The notes under the pieces were generated by a model. That model did no database searches, was not told the DNA's origin, and was given only the letters and a program-made list of their open reading frames with translations. The position numbers and the translations under genes are program-made. DNA of 64,000 nucleotides from Bugula neritina (lineage: Eukaryota; Animalia; Bryozoa), in assembly GCA_964035545.1 (NCBI GenBank), contig OZ037767.1, positions 26,242,628 through 26,306,627 on the forward strand. Reading direction: 5' to 3'. Below, in pieces: positions 39,584-51,900 of this stretch. Each line of letters begins with the position of its first letter. Position 1 is the first letter of the stretch.

Positions 39584-42101
39584 CACGCACGCACGCACAC
39601 ACGCACGCACACATATATACACGTGTGGCATTTTTCTGTGTCCATTTATTTGTATTACAATATTACCTGACCTAAATAATACATATATATTTTTGGCTAC
39701 CAACTTGAAGGTATTGAGTGACATTTTATGGTTCATTGGCTAGCAGACTTACAGGTAAAGCAGTTGTTTGCCTTGAAATATTGTTAGTCTACAAACTGGC
39801 TCGAATTTTAGTTTTTATGCCTTATGACTTTTCTGTAAAGTAACTATGTCATTAATACTTGGTTTGTAATGTACATTTACAATTAAATGTGCTCTTTATA
39901 TTATAAATAATAAAATTATTAATAAATTTAGAGGCAATGAGTAAAGCATCTCAGATTATCACCACTAAAACCATGATGATTGATAAAGCCAAAATCGTTC
40001 ATTAAATATTTCTTTATTTAATATTTATTTAAGAACATTATTTTATTACATCATTTATAACTATAATAAAATTTAATATAAAATATGTTTTTTGTATCAT
40101 TAATAAAGTTATTATTCCATGCAGAGGCCATTACTAATGCACCTCAGCAATTCAATATTAAAGCCATGGTGGTTGATGATGAGAACACTTATATTGAGTA
40201 TGGAGTGCCCTACCCACTCTGGAGAGGAGCAGGTAACTCCTACAGAACATGTTTACTTGTCAGATAGCATGCAAAGTTGATGTGTGTATGTGTGTGTAAA
40301 CCATATATCATCGCTTCAAATTGTAGTGCATTTTTGAAAAAAGTCATGTTGACATGAATAAAAGTATTGCATTAACTACGTGTATAAATATTAGACTACT
40401 AATGTGTACATGCTGTATAAGCCATCACTTCTCATGTATTCATAACATCTACATGTATACTCCAATATTGTAGCTATCAAGTTTGAGCCAGATATCTCCA
40501 ACTTTTCTATTTTACGAGTCAAAGTTACAGCAACTGGAAAAGGGCCGATTCAACCATGTAAGATGGCTCGACTTTTCACTGACGTTGGAACGGTAAATGG
40601 AAACTTATGTTTCACTAGCTTTCCTTTTATAAGATGTCTTTTTAAATTGAAGTAATTATAAGATGGCAGTGAGTTGTATCATCACTAAATCTTTGGTCAT
40701 TTGAGACATATAATTAGCTAAATAATATATTGTCTTCACATGAGCAAGTTTAACTATGTAAAAGTAACCAGGCAAATTACCTTGTAGAGTTTGTTTGAGC
40801 CTTTTATTATAGATAATTTATAAACAAAGAAAAAGTTTGTTTAGAGACCTAAAGCTATGGTAATGGATTTCAGTGGTGTAATTAATTGTAGTTATTATAT
40901 CGAAAGGGTCGACTCTATATTGTATATATTATTGTGGAGATCGACTGCATCGACCTCCAGCGACTTGTATCTATGGTCGACAGTGGCACCACTAGTAACA
41001 ACCAATCAGGACTGACATACTAATTGATAGCAGGTGGAGCTAGCTACTCGTAGTGGAAGCGCTGAGTAGCTAGCCGGGCAGAGCAGCTTGGGACTTCATT
41101 TAGAGTAGTTGTGTGTAAAGGCTCACTTATTATGTAATCGTTTCAATTCATGTTAGCAGTAACTAGAGTTTCTTGTATCTTGTAAATAATAAACTTGTCA
41201 TAACGTAAATAACCTGGTGTAGTAGCTTTGTTTAAGTCGACCCACATAATATAGTGAATTGCGAAATTCACTACACTATGTCTTGCATTGGTGTTGACTA
41301 GTTACACTAAGTGGTATGAAACTCATATCCTCAAATTCCAAATCTAAAGTGCGCTTTTTTCTTACATTTATGTAGATTCAAAACGGTTATGACAACGATA
41401 ATAAACTAATGATAATGCGTCCCTTTGGAGTTACATACCCAGTGGATGAGACCCAGATAGTGCAATCAGACGAGTGGATACGAAACGTGAGACCTTACAC
41501 TCTTTATAGAAATGCCAATTATTGCAACTGGGCATAATTCTTTAAATAATGTTTTAATAATTTGTGCAATTTTTATTCTCTATTACTCATGACTAATGAT
41601 CTTTTACATGAAATTTGAGGATAAAAAGCATGCAGTGTTAAAATAGTTAAAGCTAGTTGCAAAATGGCTTAAAACGTATAAAGATTTATTCTTTAAAATA
41701 GCAAATGATCAGCTAGATGAACTTTAAACAATAAATATAAAAACATAAGGTATATAATCTGCTTAAAGTTTATTTATATGAACAGAAATTAATATTTCAT
41801 ACTTAATAAAAATGACTATACCTAAGATTTTCTCCTAGTTGAAAACTTAAAATATTACTTGTTATTGCATTGTAGAAATTACTCGTGGTTGCAGTTTGTA
41901 AGTTACCAAAAGCAATAAGCAATTTTGTAGAACATGTCTTCAAGCCCTCCTCAGGAACGAGCTGATTTTGAGAAAGCTACCCGAGAAGGCCTCGCTTTCC
42001 TTCTGAAGTATGAAGACCCCTTAACTGAGTTCTTCAACAACCAATCAATGTACTTCATGCTGAAAGCTGATGGCACATGGGAGCAAACTACTGCTCCTTA
42101 A
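36813..42101 (+). CDS. NTAN1: Protein N-terminal asparagine amidohydrolase homolog, copy B; 9 coding exons, about 327 aa
   Basis: Exons 36813-36908, 37366-37468, 38101-38166, 38443-38578, 39199-39272, 40125-40232, 40474-40592, 41376-41486, 41931-42101 (TAA); total 984 nt, all GT-AG; TDEATTCH and GHFDG intact. Confidence 0.92.
39372..39612. repeat. (GCAC)n/(AC)n microsatellite in NTAN1-B intron 5
   Basis: Directly visible; much shorter at about 13934-13960 in copy A. Confidence 0.9.
40859..41275. mobile_element. Probable solo LTR in NTAN1-B intron 7
   Basis: 417-bp insertion absent from copy A (empty site about 15059); TSD CTAT; short inverted ends (ggtaatggatttc ... gaaattcactaca) ending in CA; internal CCAAT and AATAAA. 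Confidence 0.75.
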
Positions 42102-43932
42102 TCTGCTTCCAGGTATGTAAGAGGTCAGAAGAGTGGTGACTTTGTATATGTGTTGCCATGGATACTCAGCCTAGTAGGTAATACTCTATTAGCATATACT
42201 CAGCGTTTGTTTCAACTCTCATTGGGACAATAAAAATATCCAGCAGTGATCTGAACCATTTTTTATGTATTCAGCATTATTTAAAATTACTTCATGGCTC
42301 ACCAGGAGTTTTCTCCTCTTTCCACTTTGGAATCTTTTAGAATGACTGTAGTATATAAGTCTTTCTTAGCACACTTAGATTTTGTTTATACATTGAGATT
42401 ACAATGCACTGCAAAGTAGGAGATTAGTAGTGTTCTGTTTATTAATGTATTCATGTGTAGTAGTAAATGTGTGATAGTAATTAGAACATAGTAATGAGCT
42501 AAAACCAAAGAGTATAAAATGTTATCTTTTTTATTTACTTTATTTATATACTTTAATAATAGCATAGTAGTAAAGTCAATTTATCATATCACAACATTTC
42601 AGAATATATTGCAATATTGTAATTTGAAATATAAAATAGTATATCAAAATATAAAATTTTCTTTGAATTTTAAAGTCGTCATCCCTGTGAGAACCTCTGA
42701 TGGTAAGGGTTTATTTTAAGCAGGCTAAGGACTTGTTTCTGCTGCAGCACAGGAATAATTCTGACCAAATGCTGTTCCTTACATTATCGATAGCCTTTAC
42801 TACCCTTTAAACTGCTAACTAGTATTAAGTTTTGATTGATGTTTATAGCGTTTTTCTACAGAAAAAGAAAGATGGGAAGAGACTAAAGTTTAGAAGGTGA
42901 ACTCTGGAGCATCTCTTTAACCTTTTCATGAACCTCTAAAATTATTTAGTGTGTTTTCGAAATGAAGATATATCTTATGACTTTTGTATGCTTAGAACAT
43001 TGTGTCACTCACTATTATTTCCATTCAATCATATGTATTACATTGCTGGGTCTGAATGTAGAACTATTACACTTTTGTCGCATACATTTTTTGCTATTCA
43101 CCAAATATAATTTGATGATACATCAATTCTTACAATAATGATGTGAAAATTATTGTTTTTACAATCTTCAATACAAATGAAAATAATCTTTTATTCAAGT
43201 ATGAAGGTTGAATCCACGTAGATTGTTGGAAGATTTATTGCAAATTATCTTCCATGTATAATAAGACAACTCCTATGTCATCAAATTTCAAATGATATGA
43301 TATATTATAAAAATATGTTTGGCTGCATTTCACTGTTATATTAATTTCAAAATTGCATGGAACAATATTATTACTTGAAATTAATTAATAATAACAGAGT
43401 CAATGATCTGTAGCAATATAATATAATTAAAATTTTTAAAGTGACCCTTCATGACCTTGTAAGTGTATATAGCACTTTTAAGCCAATAAGCAAAATAGTT
43501 GCATTAGATGGGTCAAAGTTTAGTCACAATCAACTTATAGCTGAGTCATCTAATATATATATTTGCTATTAGTAGTGAGGGATAGTTAGACACCCCATTC
43601 TATCTAGACTAGGATCTCTGGCTATCAAATACCCCATCAACTGAAAGCAGATATCCATGCCTTATAATAGATGCACATTTGATTTTTGAGTTATTCCCAT
43701 AAGAACTGTAAATATCAGACACGAAACTTAGAAACCAGCTCATGGAATAAAATGAATGTCAGTGATTGGTACACCTGCCGAGTGGTTACAAAAATAAAAA
43801 TAAACTATAAACTATATTTGATTATTGGGCTATCATTCTATAGTTTATTTGACTTTATGTTATAGTAATATTAAAGCAACAGTGAACGTGTTATCTATTT
43901 ATAGGTTAATTACGAGATTGATAACTCCTAAA

Positions 43933-46440
43933 TTGATTGATTGATTTATTACATATCACAAACATGGCAACACGTTGCAAAATTCAGTGTAAATACTGGC
44001 TATAATAAGTAGGAATGAACAAAAATAAGAGAAAAAATCAAAACTCTGTTGGATTATTTAAAATAAAAGCTCATTTAAAGTATTTACAAGATGTCGCAAG
44101 AAGCTATCTCTGCCCCATGCCCCTCTATAGTTGATGGTTCGATATCTTCCAGAAGGGCATTGACTAAGAAAGTTATTAATGAAATGGTCATTGTCTGTTA
44201 TATATTTGATGGCAAGTTCTTTAGTGAGTTTCTGAATGTGCAAATCAATGTTTAGATACTTAATTCCGAGTTTTGAGCAATCTTTGAGAATTCTTCGAAT
44301 AGCCTTTTTATCACTGGCATAGATACAAGTAAAAATAGTAGGTAGACAATAGGCGATGCGGGACATGATGAAACTTTTGAATAGCATATTTGCTAGAAGT
44401 TTAGAGCTAAGATACGCAAAATTCTTCACAATATACATTCTTCTTGATGCTGTTGTTACTACTGATTGTACATGTTCATGAAATCTCAAATTCTGATCCA
44501 CTAACACACCAAGATATCTCACTTTTTCAGACAATACAATGTTTGTTCCATTTAATACGAGAGTAGGGGTATGAGGTTTAGCACGTTGGGTTGAGAACAT
44601 CATTTCTTGGGTCTTGCTAGGGTTTAATAATAGATTTAAATCATCACATTGCTTAGAAATTCTTTTAATCTCATCAAAGTAAATATTTAGATCAGACTGT
44701 TTGCCAATGCAGCCAATAATGCGAGTGTCATCTGCATATTTAATTACGGTGATGTTGCTCTGGCTTGAGGTAATCCTATTAGTGTAAATAGAAAACAATA
44801 GTGGAGATAAACAGCACCCTTGGAGAGTTCCTGTGTTAGTTACGATTGGATTTGATGTGATGCCATCCACTATTGTGCGCTGTACTCTGTTTGTAAGAAA
44901 GCTGTAAATCCACTCAGTAACATTGGAGTCAAGATGAGTTAGTTGCGTAATGAGGTCTGGAATAGATATAGTATTGAATGCAGAAAAGAAGTCTAGAAAG
45001 AGGCACCTTGCGTAATTGGATGCTTTCTTATCAATGAAACTTGTCACAGTTGTAGTTAGACATAACAGGGCATCTTGTGTAGAGCGATTTGTACGATATG
45101 CGAACTGATATTTGTCCATAGGTGTATGAGTTATAATGTAGTGTTTGATGAGCCTTTCCAGCATTTTGCATATACAGCTTGTGAGAGCAATTGGATGATA
45201 TTGTTTAAGTAGTTCAGGATTTTTGACTTTAGGAAGTGGCTTGATCATTGCAGATTTCCATGAATTTGGAGTTGTCTTAGATTGGATGGAGAAAGTAAAC
45301 AGTTTTGTAAAGACAGGTGCTAGTTGATAGCAGCAGATTTTTAAAACTTTCGGAATGAGACCATCAGGACCTGCACCTTTTCGTGAGTTTAGTCCCTTTA
45401 GCTGTTTGAGAACAGCGTCTTCTGATATTTCCAATGGAGGTGCACTGATAATGTTTCTATCAAAAACAGGCTGATGAGATATAGGCTTTTCATATCGGGT
45501 GAAGAAGGTATTTAGGTCATCAGGTGTAAATGGGTTAGCTTTAGCAGTAGTTGTCTTGCTGTGTGGTAGACCACTTATTTTCTTTATATCAGTCCATGCT
45601 TTGGCTGGTTGATTTACTAATTGTAGTTGAATTTTCTTAGAGTAATTAACTTTGCTGTTGGTTATAGATCTGGTGATGTCACGTTTGAGCTTATTATATA
45701 GTTTACGGTTTCCATCTTTGTGGGCTACTTGTTTTTGATAGATCATTTCTGTAATATGTTTAGTAATCCAAGGTTTCTGATTGGTACATGTTCTGAAGCT
45801 TTTCGTGGGTATGCAAATATCTGTGCAGAAGTTTATATAGTCTGTTACAATTTCAGTTTGTTGATGGATGTTATCATCATCAGAGAGCAGATTATTCCAG
45901 ATAGTAATGTCCAATGCTGCTTTCAGCTTTTCACAGTTCTCTTCAGAATATATACGTCTGGTGACTCGAGTTGGTTTGTATTTAGATAATGGTATGTAGG
46001 TTGGTATGAGATGTGTTATAAAGTGATCTGACCCACCAAGCTTTGCAAGTTGATGGCATTGTTTGAAGGCATCTTTGATTCTGATATAGCATTTATCAAG
46101 AATTTTATTGTTGCGGGTAGGTGTTTTAACTGTTTGATAGTATCCATCAAGTTTAATCGGAAGCTGATTAAAGTCCCCCATTACAAAAATGCAAAAATCA
46201 GGGTGCTTTTTTTCTAGTTCTTTAACATGTGTTGATATTGTTTTAGCTGTGGATGAAGCATTTTGTTTTAGTCTAGAAGCACCGGTGAAGGGAGTATAGC
46301 ATGAAACAGTGATAATTGAAGTAAACTCTCTTGGAAGCCAGTGAGGTCTTGATTTAATTGTCATAATTTCACAGTGATTGTCCATATAGTTGAATATAAG
46401 ATTGTTATTTGTTGACCATTTGTTGTCAATATAGACAAAT
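43933..46440 (-). mobile_element. 5'-truncated Rex1/Babar-like non-LTR retrotransposon (partial APE endonuclease plus RT)
   Basis: ORF 44058-46505 with RPHWLPREF, GDFN, LDKCY, SDH, KPWIT, GPDG, PIALT, QFAYR, QGCCLSPLLFSIYT, YADD. AATAAA and (TCAA)n tail at 43933-43950; AAATTGAT at both ends (43930-37, 46437-44). The first about 22 aa of the ORF are probably flanking DNA. Confidence 0.9.
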
Positions 46441-47364
46441 TGATGATAAAATGGGACAAAAGTCATTATTACTGAAATAAAGTAAAATTTTGGCAAATCA
46501 AACAAAAACCAAAAACTAACTCAGTTATATTGAACATACAAATAATACTATAGTTGTAAAAAACGTGCAGTCAAGTTCAAGATATTGCTTATTAAGCTAA
46601 TAATTGATGTTTAATTATAAATTGTTATAATTTGTTAATTGTTTGTTTGCTTGTTAATTTGTTAATTGTTACAAATTGATAATTTGCAATACTTTGCATG
46701 TTGAATGTATTTACATATTTTTGTTGTAAAATTGAATAAAATGTCACCATGTTTATACAAAGAGTTTGTAGTATCTTATAACAATGCTGTTTTCAACTAT
46801 AAGTGTAAGTGAAAAAAAACCATGTATATATAAGTTACCTGTAAAACAGTGTTAGTTAAGTTATAGGGTGACCTAGTAAGGCATTCAGAGAAAAAGTATG
46901 AGAAAAAATTTGCAATTTATACAACAGCTATTGCTAAAAATCAAACACATAAACTGAAAGGGTTTTATAAAAGTTTACATATAATATTTTCAGAGCTTGT
47001 CCTTACTATATTATATTAAGCTTGCAAACAGTATTTGATAAAATATATTTCAAGTCTGTTAAATAAATCTTCACCACTTGTCATTCATTATATGCTAATA
47101 GTCAGTCATTATATGTATATGTATTATATGTATAAACTTATTAAATGTGTCTTCTCTTTATATATATGACAAGAGTTGAACATGTGAGATAGAATTCCTC
47201 ACTCTCAGCTCACTCATTTTGTCTTCCCGGCCTCATTTTTTAAGTGGAGATATACAAATGCAATTGTAGTTAATTGATATTTTTTAATTTTAAATTCTGT
47301 AGCCTGTAAATTCTGTTAAGCATAAACTGCTATTTTTTTTACATGTCAGACTGCATGAAAACAC

Positions 47365-47371
47365 GTGTGTG

Positions 47372-47443
<72 letters not shown>

Positions 47444-47530
47444 TGTGGTTGAGTGTGTGCGTGCGTGTGGTTGAGTGTGTGTGTGTGTGTGGTTGGGTGT
47501 AGGTGTGTGTGTGTGTGGTTGGGTGTGGGT
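47365..47530. repeat. (GCGT)n/(GT)n microsatellite
   Basis: Directly visible; positional homolog of 18826-19186. Confidence 0.9.
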
Positions 47531-48188
47531 GTAAAGCAGATCTTTCCATAGAAATAACAATATTTGCAAAATCAAAATTGTTTTTTGAATTATCTATATA
47601 TTGATGGTGCACTACTCACTGCATTAAACACAATTTAAAAGCCACTATTGATGCATGCACACACAGCATGCTATACTGCATTTATACCATCTACATAAAT
47701 GTAAGATCTAAAAGTGCAGTGGGCGTACTCTTGGGCAACGCTTTGCTGTAAGGAAAAACTATCTGTAAGCAATTTAACATGCTATTGTGTCTGCAAAATA
47801 GTGGTTTTAGCTGATTAAAAAACAGGTCAGCGATGTAAACTGTGTTATAAATAACCTAAATGCAATGTCACTGTCTCTGTGAAATATTCAAATATTCTCT
47901 TCTAAAATGAATCGAACTTCAAGACAAATGTCTAACCATAAATTAGCCTTGTTATTTTGAAAATTGTAGTCAACCAGCGTACTGTTATATGCATTTTTTA
48001 AATTATGTGGCCTGTGAAATTCTACATCATAAACACATGCAAGTAAAATTTCATATTAGAGTCACATGCAAGTAACATCTGCTAGTGCAAGCTTATGGTT
48101 TTACTTACAATACTACTTGCTATCATTTCACAAGAAATTTATTCAAGTATACTATTGCATTCAGCCTTATAAAAAAAGAGCGAAGTAA

Positions 48189-48656
48189 AGTTGTGTTTAT
48201 ACTTTCATGACTTTCAATCAGAAATTCAATTTGGCCGAGTTGAAATTTCAACGAGTTGCATTGCATTGTAAAAGCCACTCGTCAAAATTTTTGTACTGTG
48301 ATAACCTAATCAGCCGAGTTCAGAATAATACTCAAAAGGAGTAATAACTCCTTGTGGATATCGTTATTTAATTATGACTTTGTCGATTAGATGACATACT
48401 ATAAATAATATGTTCATAATTATATCGCCTATAATGCTTTCTATGCTTTCTATGCTTTTATGCTGTCAACTTTACTAATTAATGGCATTTTCAAAAGGCA
48501 TCAAACATCGATTAGGCAAGTCAGAATTCACTTTTAGAAAGTAAGCTTCCGCAACAATATGTTTTCACCGAGTTTCAGTTTGACTATAAAGGGGTACTCA
48601 GACGAGTGTTATTACCTGAAACTCGGTACTTTTTCAGCAAAGGTATAAACACAACT
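48189..48656. mobile_element. PIF/Harbinger (Tourist-like) MITE
   Basis: TIR AGTTGTGTTTATAC ... GTATAAACACAACT, TSD TAA on both sides; empty sites in the homologous blocks near 20065 and 58447. Confidence 0.8.
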
Positions 48657-50329
48657 TAATACTTTTACTAACACCCACCCCTATTTATGTGGCTATTTTC
48701 ATAATAATGTTCTTCATTTAAAATGTCATTTCTATTGCTAATTTCGAACATCTCACTTCTAGATATTAGATACTATATTTTACTTTCACGATACATGCAT
48801 GATTTAAGTCTTATACAAAGTTTTAGAACAATAAGCGTAATACAGTTATCCCAAAAAGCAAAATCCGTGTAATTGTTTTAGCTAATCTAGCTGGGGTGAT
48901 TGAAATATTATTTAGGAAACATTACAAATGCAAAGAAAGTGGTGATGAAGTGTAATGCCTAATGTAGTAAGTGTACAACAATGGTTAGAAAACCAGAACA
49001 TTATAAAATGTTATTTAGTTACTTGATATAACAACATTTTAGAATTTATTGTAGCATTTTAATGCGAAATATAAAGTAGTACAAGTATATGATATCATAC
49101 AGAGTTCTTGTGTTGGCTTTTAAACTCTACACGTCTTATACCAATGGCCTTTTCTGAGATTCAAATCAAAATGAATGAATAACGCTTATTTTCTGCCGAA
49201 AAAATTAGATGAGAAAAGACTAAAATTTAGAAGGTAAACCCTGGAGCACTTCTTTAAGCATTTCATCAACTTATGAAATTATGTTGAATAGGTTGCATCT
49301 TATTATATTTTACTTAGTATATTGTTTTTGCATGTGTATGTTATAAGCACAGTATAACATTGTATTTTTTTTCTTTCTGATAAGTCTGAATGTAAAATTA
49401 TTATACTTTTGTCATAAATTGTTTATTAAGCGGTGGGCATATCTTGTGGAACACTTTGTTGTAAGAAAAAATTATCTAGAAACAATTTTTTATGCTGTTT
49501 CGTATGCATTAATAATAGTTTTAGGTGGTTCTAAAAGGTCAGCAATGTCAGCTGTGTTATAAATAACTATGATCAATACTCTAAATACAGGTCACTGTAA
49601 AAATGTAAATATTTTCCTCTGAACTGAATCAGTTTCAGGATAAATTACGTGAAAAGCATAAATTAGCGTTGATATTTTTAGAATTTTAGTCAACCAGCTT
49701 ATACTGTTATATGTGTTTTTTAAATTATGCGGGCTGTGAAATTCTACATATCATAGACACATGCAAGTAACATCTGCTAGTGCAAGCTTATAGTTTTTTT
49801 TATAACATTACATGCCACCATTTCACAAGAAATTATATGGGCTATGAAATTTTACAAACAATAAATTAGCATATATATAAACAGTTTCTTAGATGTATTT
49901 AGTATGCCAATCTATTTTATTATTGCCTTCACCACTATTTTAATATTTTTGACTAATGTTTCAACTACAAAAGAGCTAACTCTTCAGCATTATACATATT
50001 ATCAACAATCATTAAAGTTACTATACTTAGAATTGGATTATGCGGAAAAAATATTCTACCAAACTATGCCAAAATAAATTTATGTTGGGCAAACTTGAAA
50101 TATGAAAAGTTCGTAAATAAACATTTAGAAAGTGCAAAGAATTTTTTTGCTACATGCATATAGTTGACTCGCTGAGCTTTCAGTATCATTTTCCAATAAA
50201 ATATCTTTATTTCATAACAATTATGTAAGACAGTTCTAAGAGCTCGCAGCTGATTGAAAGACTTAAGCACCTGCTGAGGTTGTTGTTGGTTTTAATTGAT
50301 TACTTCTAATAGTAAATAAAGAATGAAAA

Positions 50330-51900
50330 AGAGAAAGAATAAATAAAAATCTTAAGCTAAGCTAAGAAAAAAAGGAGTACAAAAAGAAGAAACAAAAGGG
50401 TACTGTCTGATAGCTTGAACCTAGTAAGGAAACAGTTTGACTTTCTATAAGATAAAAACCCTCTGCCCAATTAATACAGCAAAGAGGCCCTATTCATACC
50501 AGCAGCACCATACTCCGTCCATAGACGGTCTGATAACCTTGACTTCACCATCTCAGAAGTCATGCTCTCAAAATCATATAAATATTTATTAAATAACTTT
50601 GCAGCTTTAAATAACATAGACCTTTGCCTTTTGTCTGTTTTAAATTTATTAGTTTTAATTGCATTGCTGACTTTCAATCTTGTCTCATAATTATGATCTA
50701 CTGATGGCTTTTTAACTTTGCTATAAGGTAACATTGTAATGAAATGCAAAAGGTATCGAATTTAAATAGCATTTTAATAGGCATGATTTTTAAGATGGCA
50801 AAATTGCTTACCACAGTTTCACTTGGTTTTATTTTTACAATTATTCTCAATGTTTTTTTTTGCAAAATCAAAATTTTATCAAGCTCTAAAGTACCAGCAT
50901 GACCCCAAAACTTTAAACCGTAATTTAAATATGGATAAAAAAATGTATAGTAAATGCCAACCATTGTTTTTGTGTTGAAATACTTCCTTACATGTCTCAT
51001 CGTTAAAATCACATGAATTATAATTTATTGCAAATTTTTGCTATAATATATTTACTAAAAGAAATATGTTCATCTAAAATTATTCTTAAAACTTGAGTGC
51101 AGTTTGCATTTAAGATAAGTATGTTGTGCAAAGCTATAGGATTCCAAGGTTTTAACAGGTGTTTCTAGAAATCCATAAAATGCATGAACAAAGTTTTTGC
51201 GAATTTAAAATAAGTTTGTTTGCTACACAGAGTACACACCGTTGACTAATTTTGTTAACTCTGTGCTGTAAGTCCATAATATCTGTGGAGAAAACACTGG
51301 TGTCATCAGCAAACATTATATTTTCTAAGGTTGGAATATTTTCTGCTAAATCATTAAGGTAGTAAAAATTAAAAACAGCAGCGGTCCAAGATTGAAGCCT
51401 TGTGGCACACCAATATTCATCTATTGAGTAGTTGATAGAATATTATTGATATTAACAAACTGTTTTCTGATCGAAAGGTAACTCTTTAAAAAGGTGGTGA
51501 CTAAATTAGAAAAACTATAAAATTCTAACTTTTTAATCAAGATTAAGTAATCAACTGTATTGAAAGTCTTCGAAAAACCCAGAAACATACCATGTGTTAT
51601 TATTCTGCAATCTAGATTATAGTAAAGATTTTCATGCAATCTGTTTATTGCACCAGTAGTGTTTCATTTTTCACAAAAAACATACTGATTTTCTACAAAA
51701 AAGAACTTTACAATCCTCCATATAGGTACGGATTTGCTTGATCATGATTTTCTCTATTACTTTTGACAACACTGGCAAGATTGAAATAGAACGATAGTTG
51801 TTGACATCAAATTTACTTCCCTTTTTGTGCAATGCTGTTACTCTTGCAATTTTGAGACAGTGGGGGAAAATTGATTTTAATATTGTTTATTAAATATGCG
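50330..51900 (-). mobile_element. Decayed CR1/L2-like LINE RT fragment
   Basis: Frameshifted RT motifs NYRSIS, FLGFSKTFNTVD, GVPQG..LGPLLF, FADDT and YYTFFYPYLNYG..WG across ORFs 51421-51639, 50698-51012 and 50471-50749. Confidence 0.8.

Noticed and set aside
22321-43550. Second cassette as a haplotype assembly artefact
   Set aside because: Many copy-specific TE insertions, non-alignable intron blocks and mosaic similarity to a third copy fit real paralogy better; read depth is still needed to exclude it.
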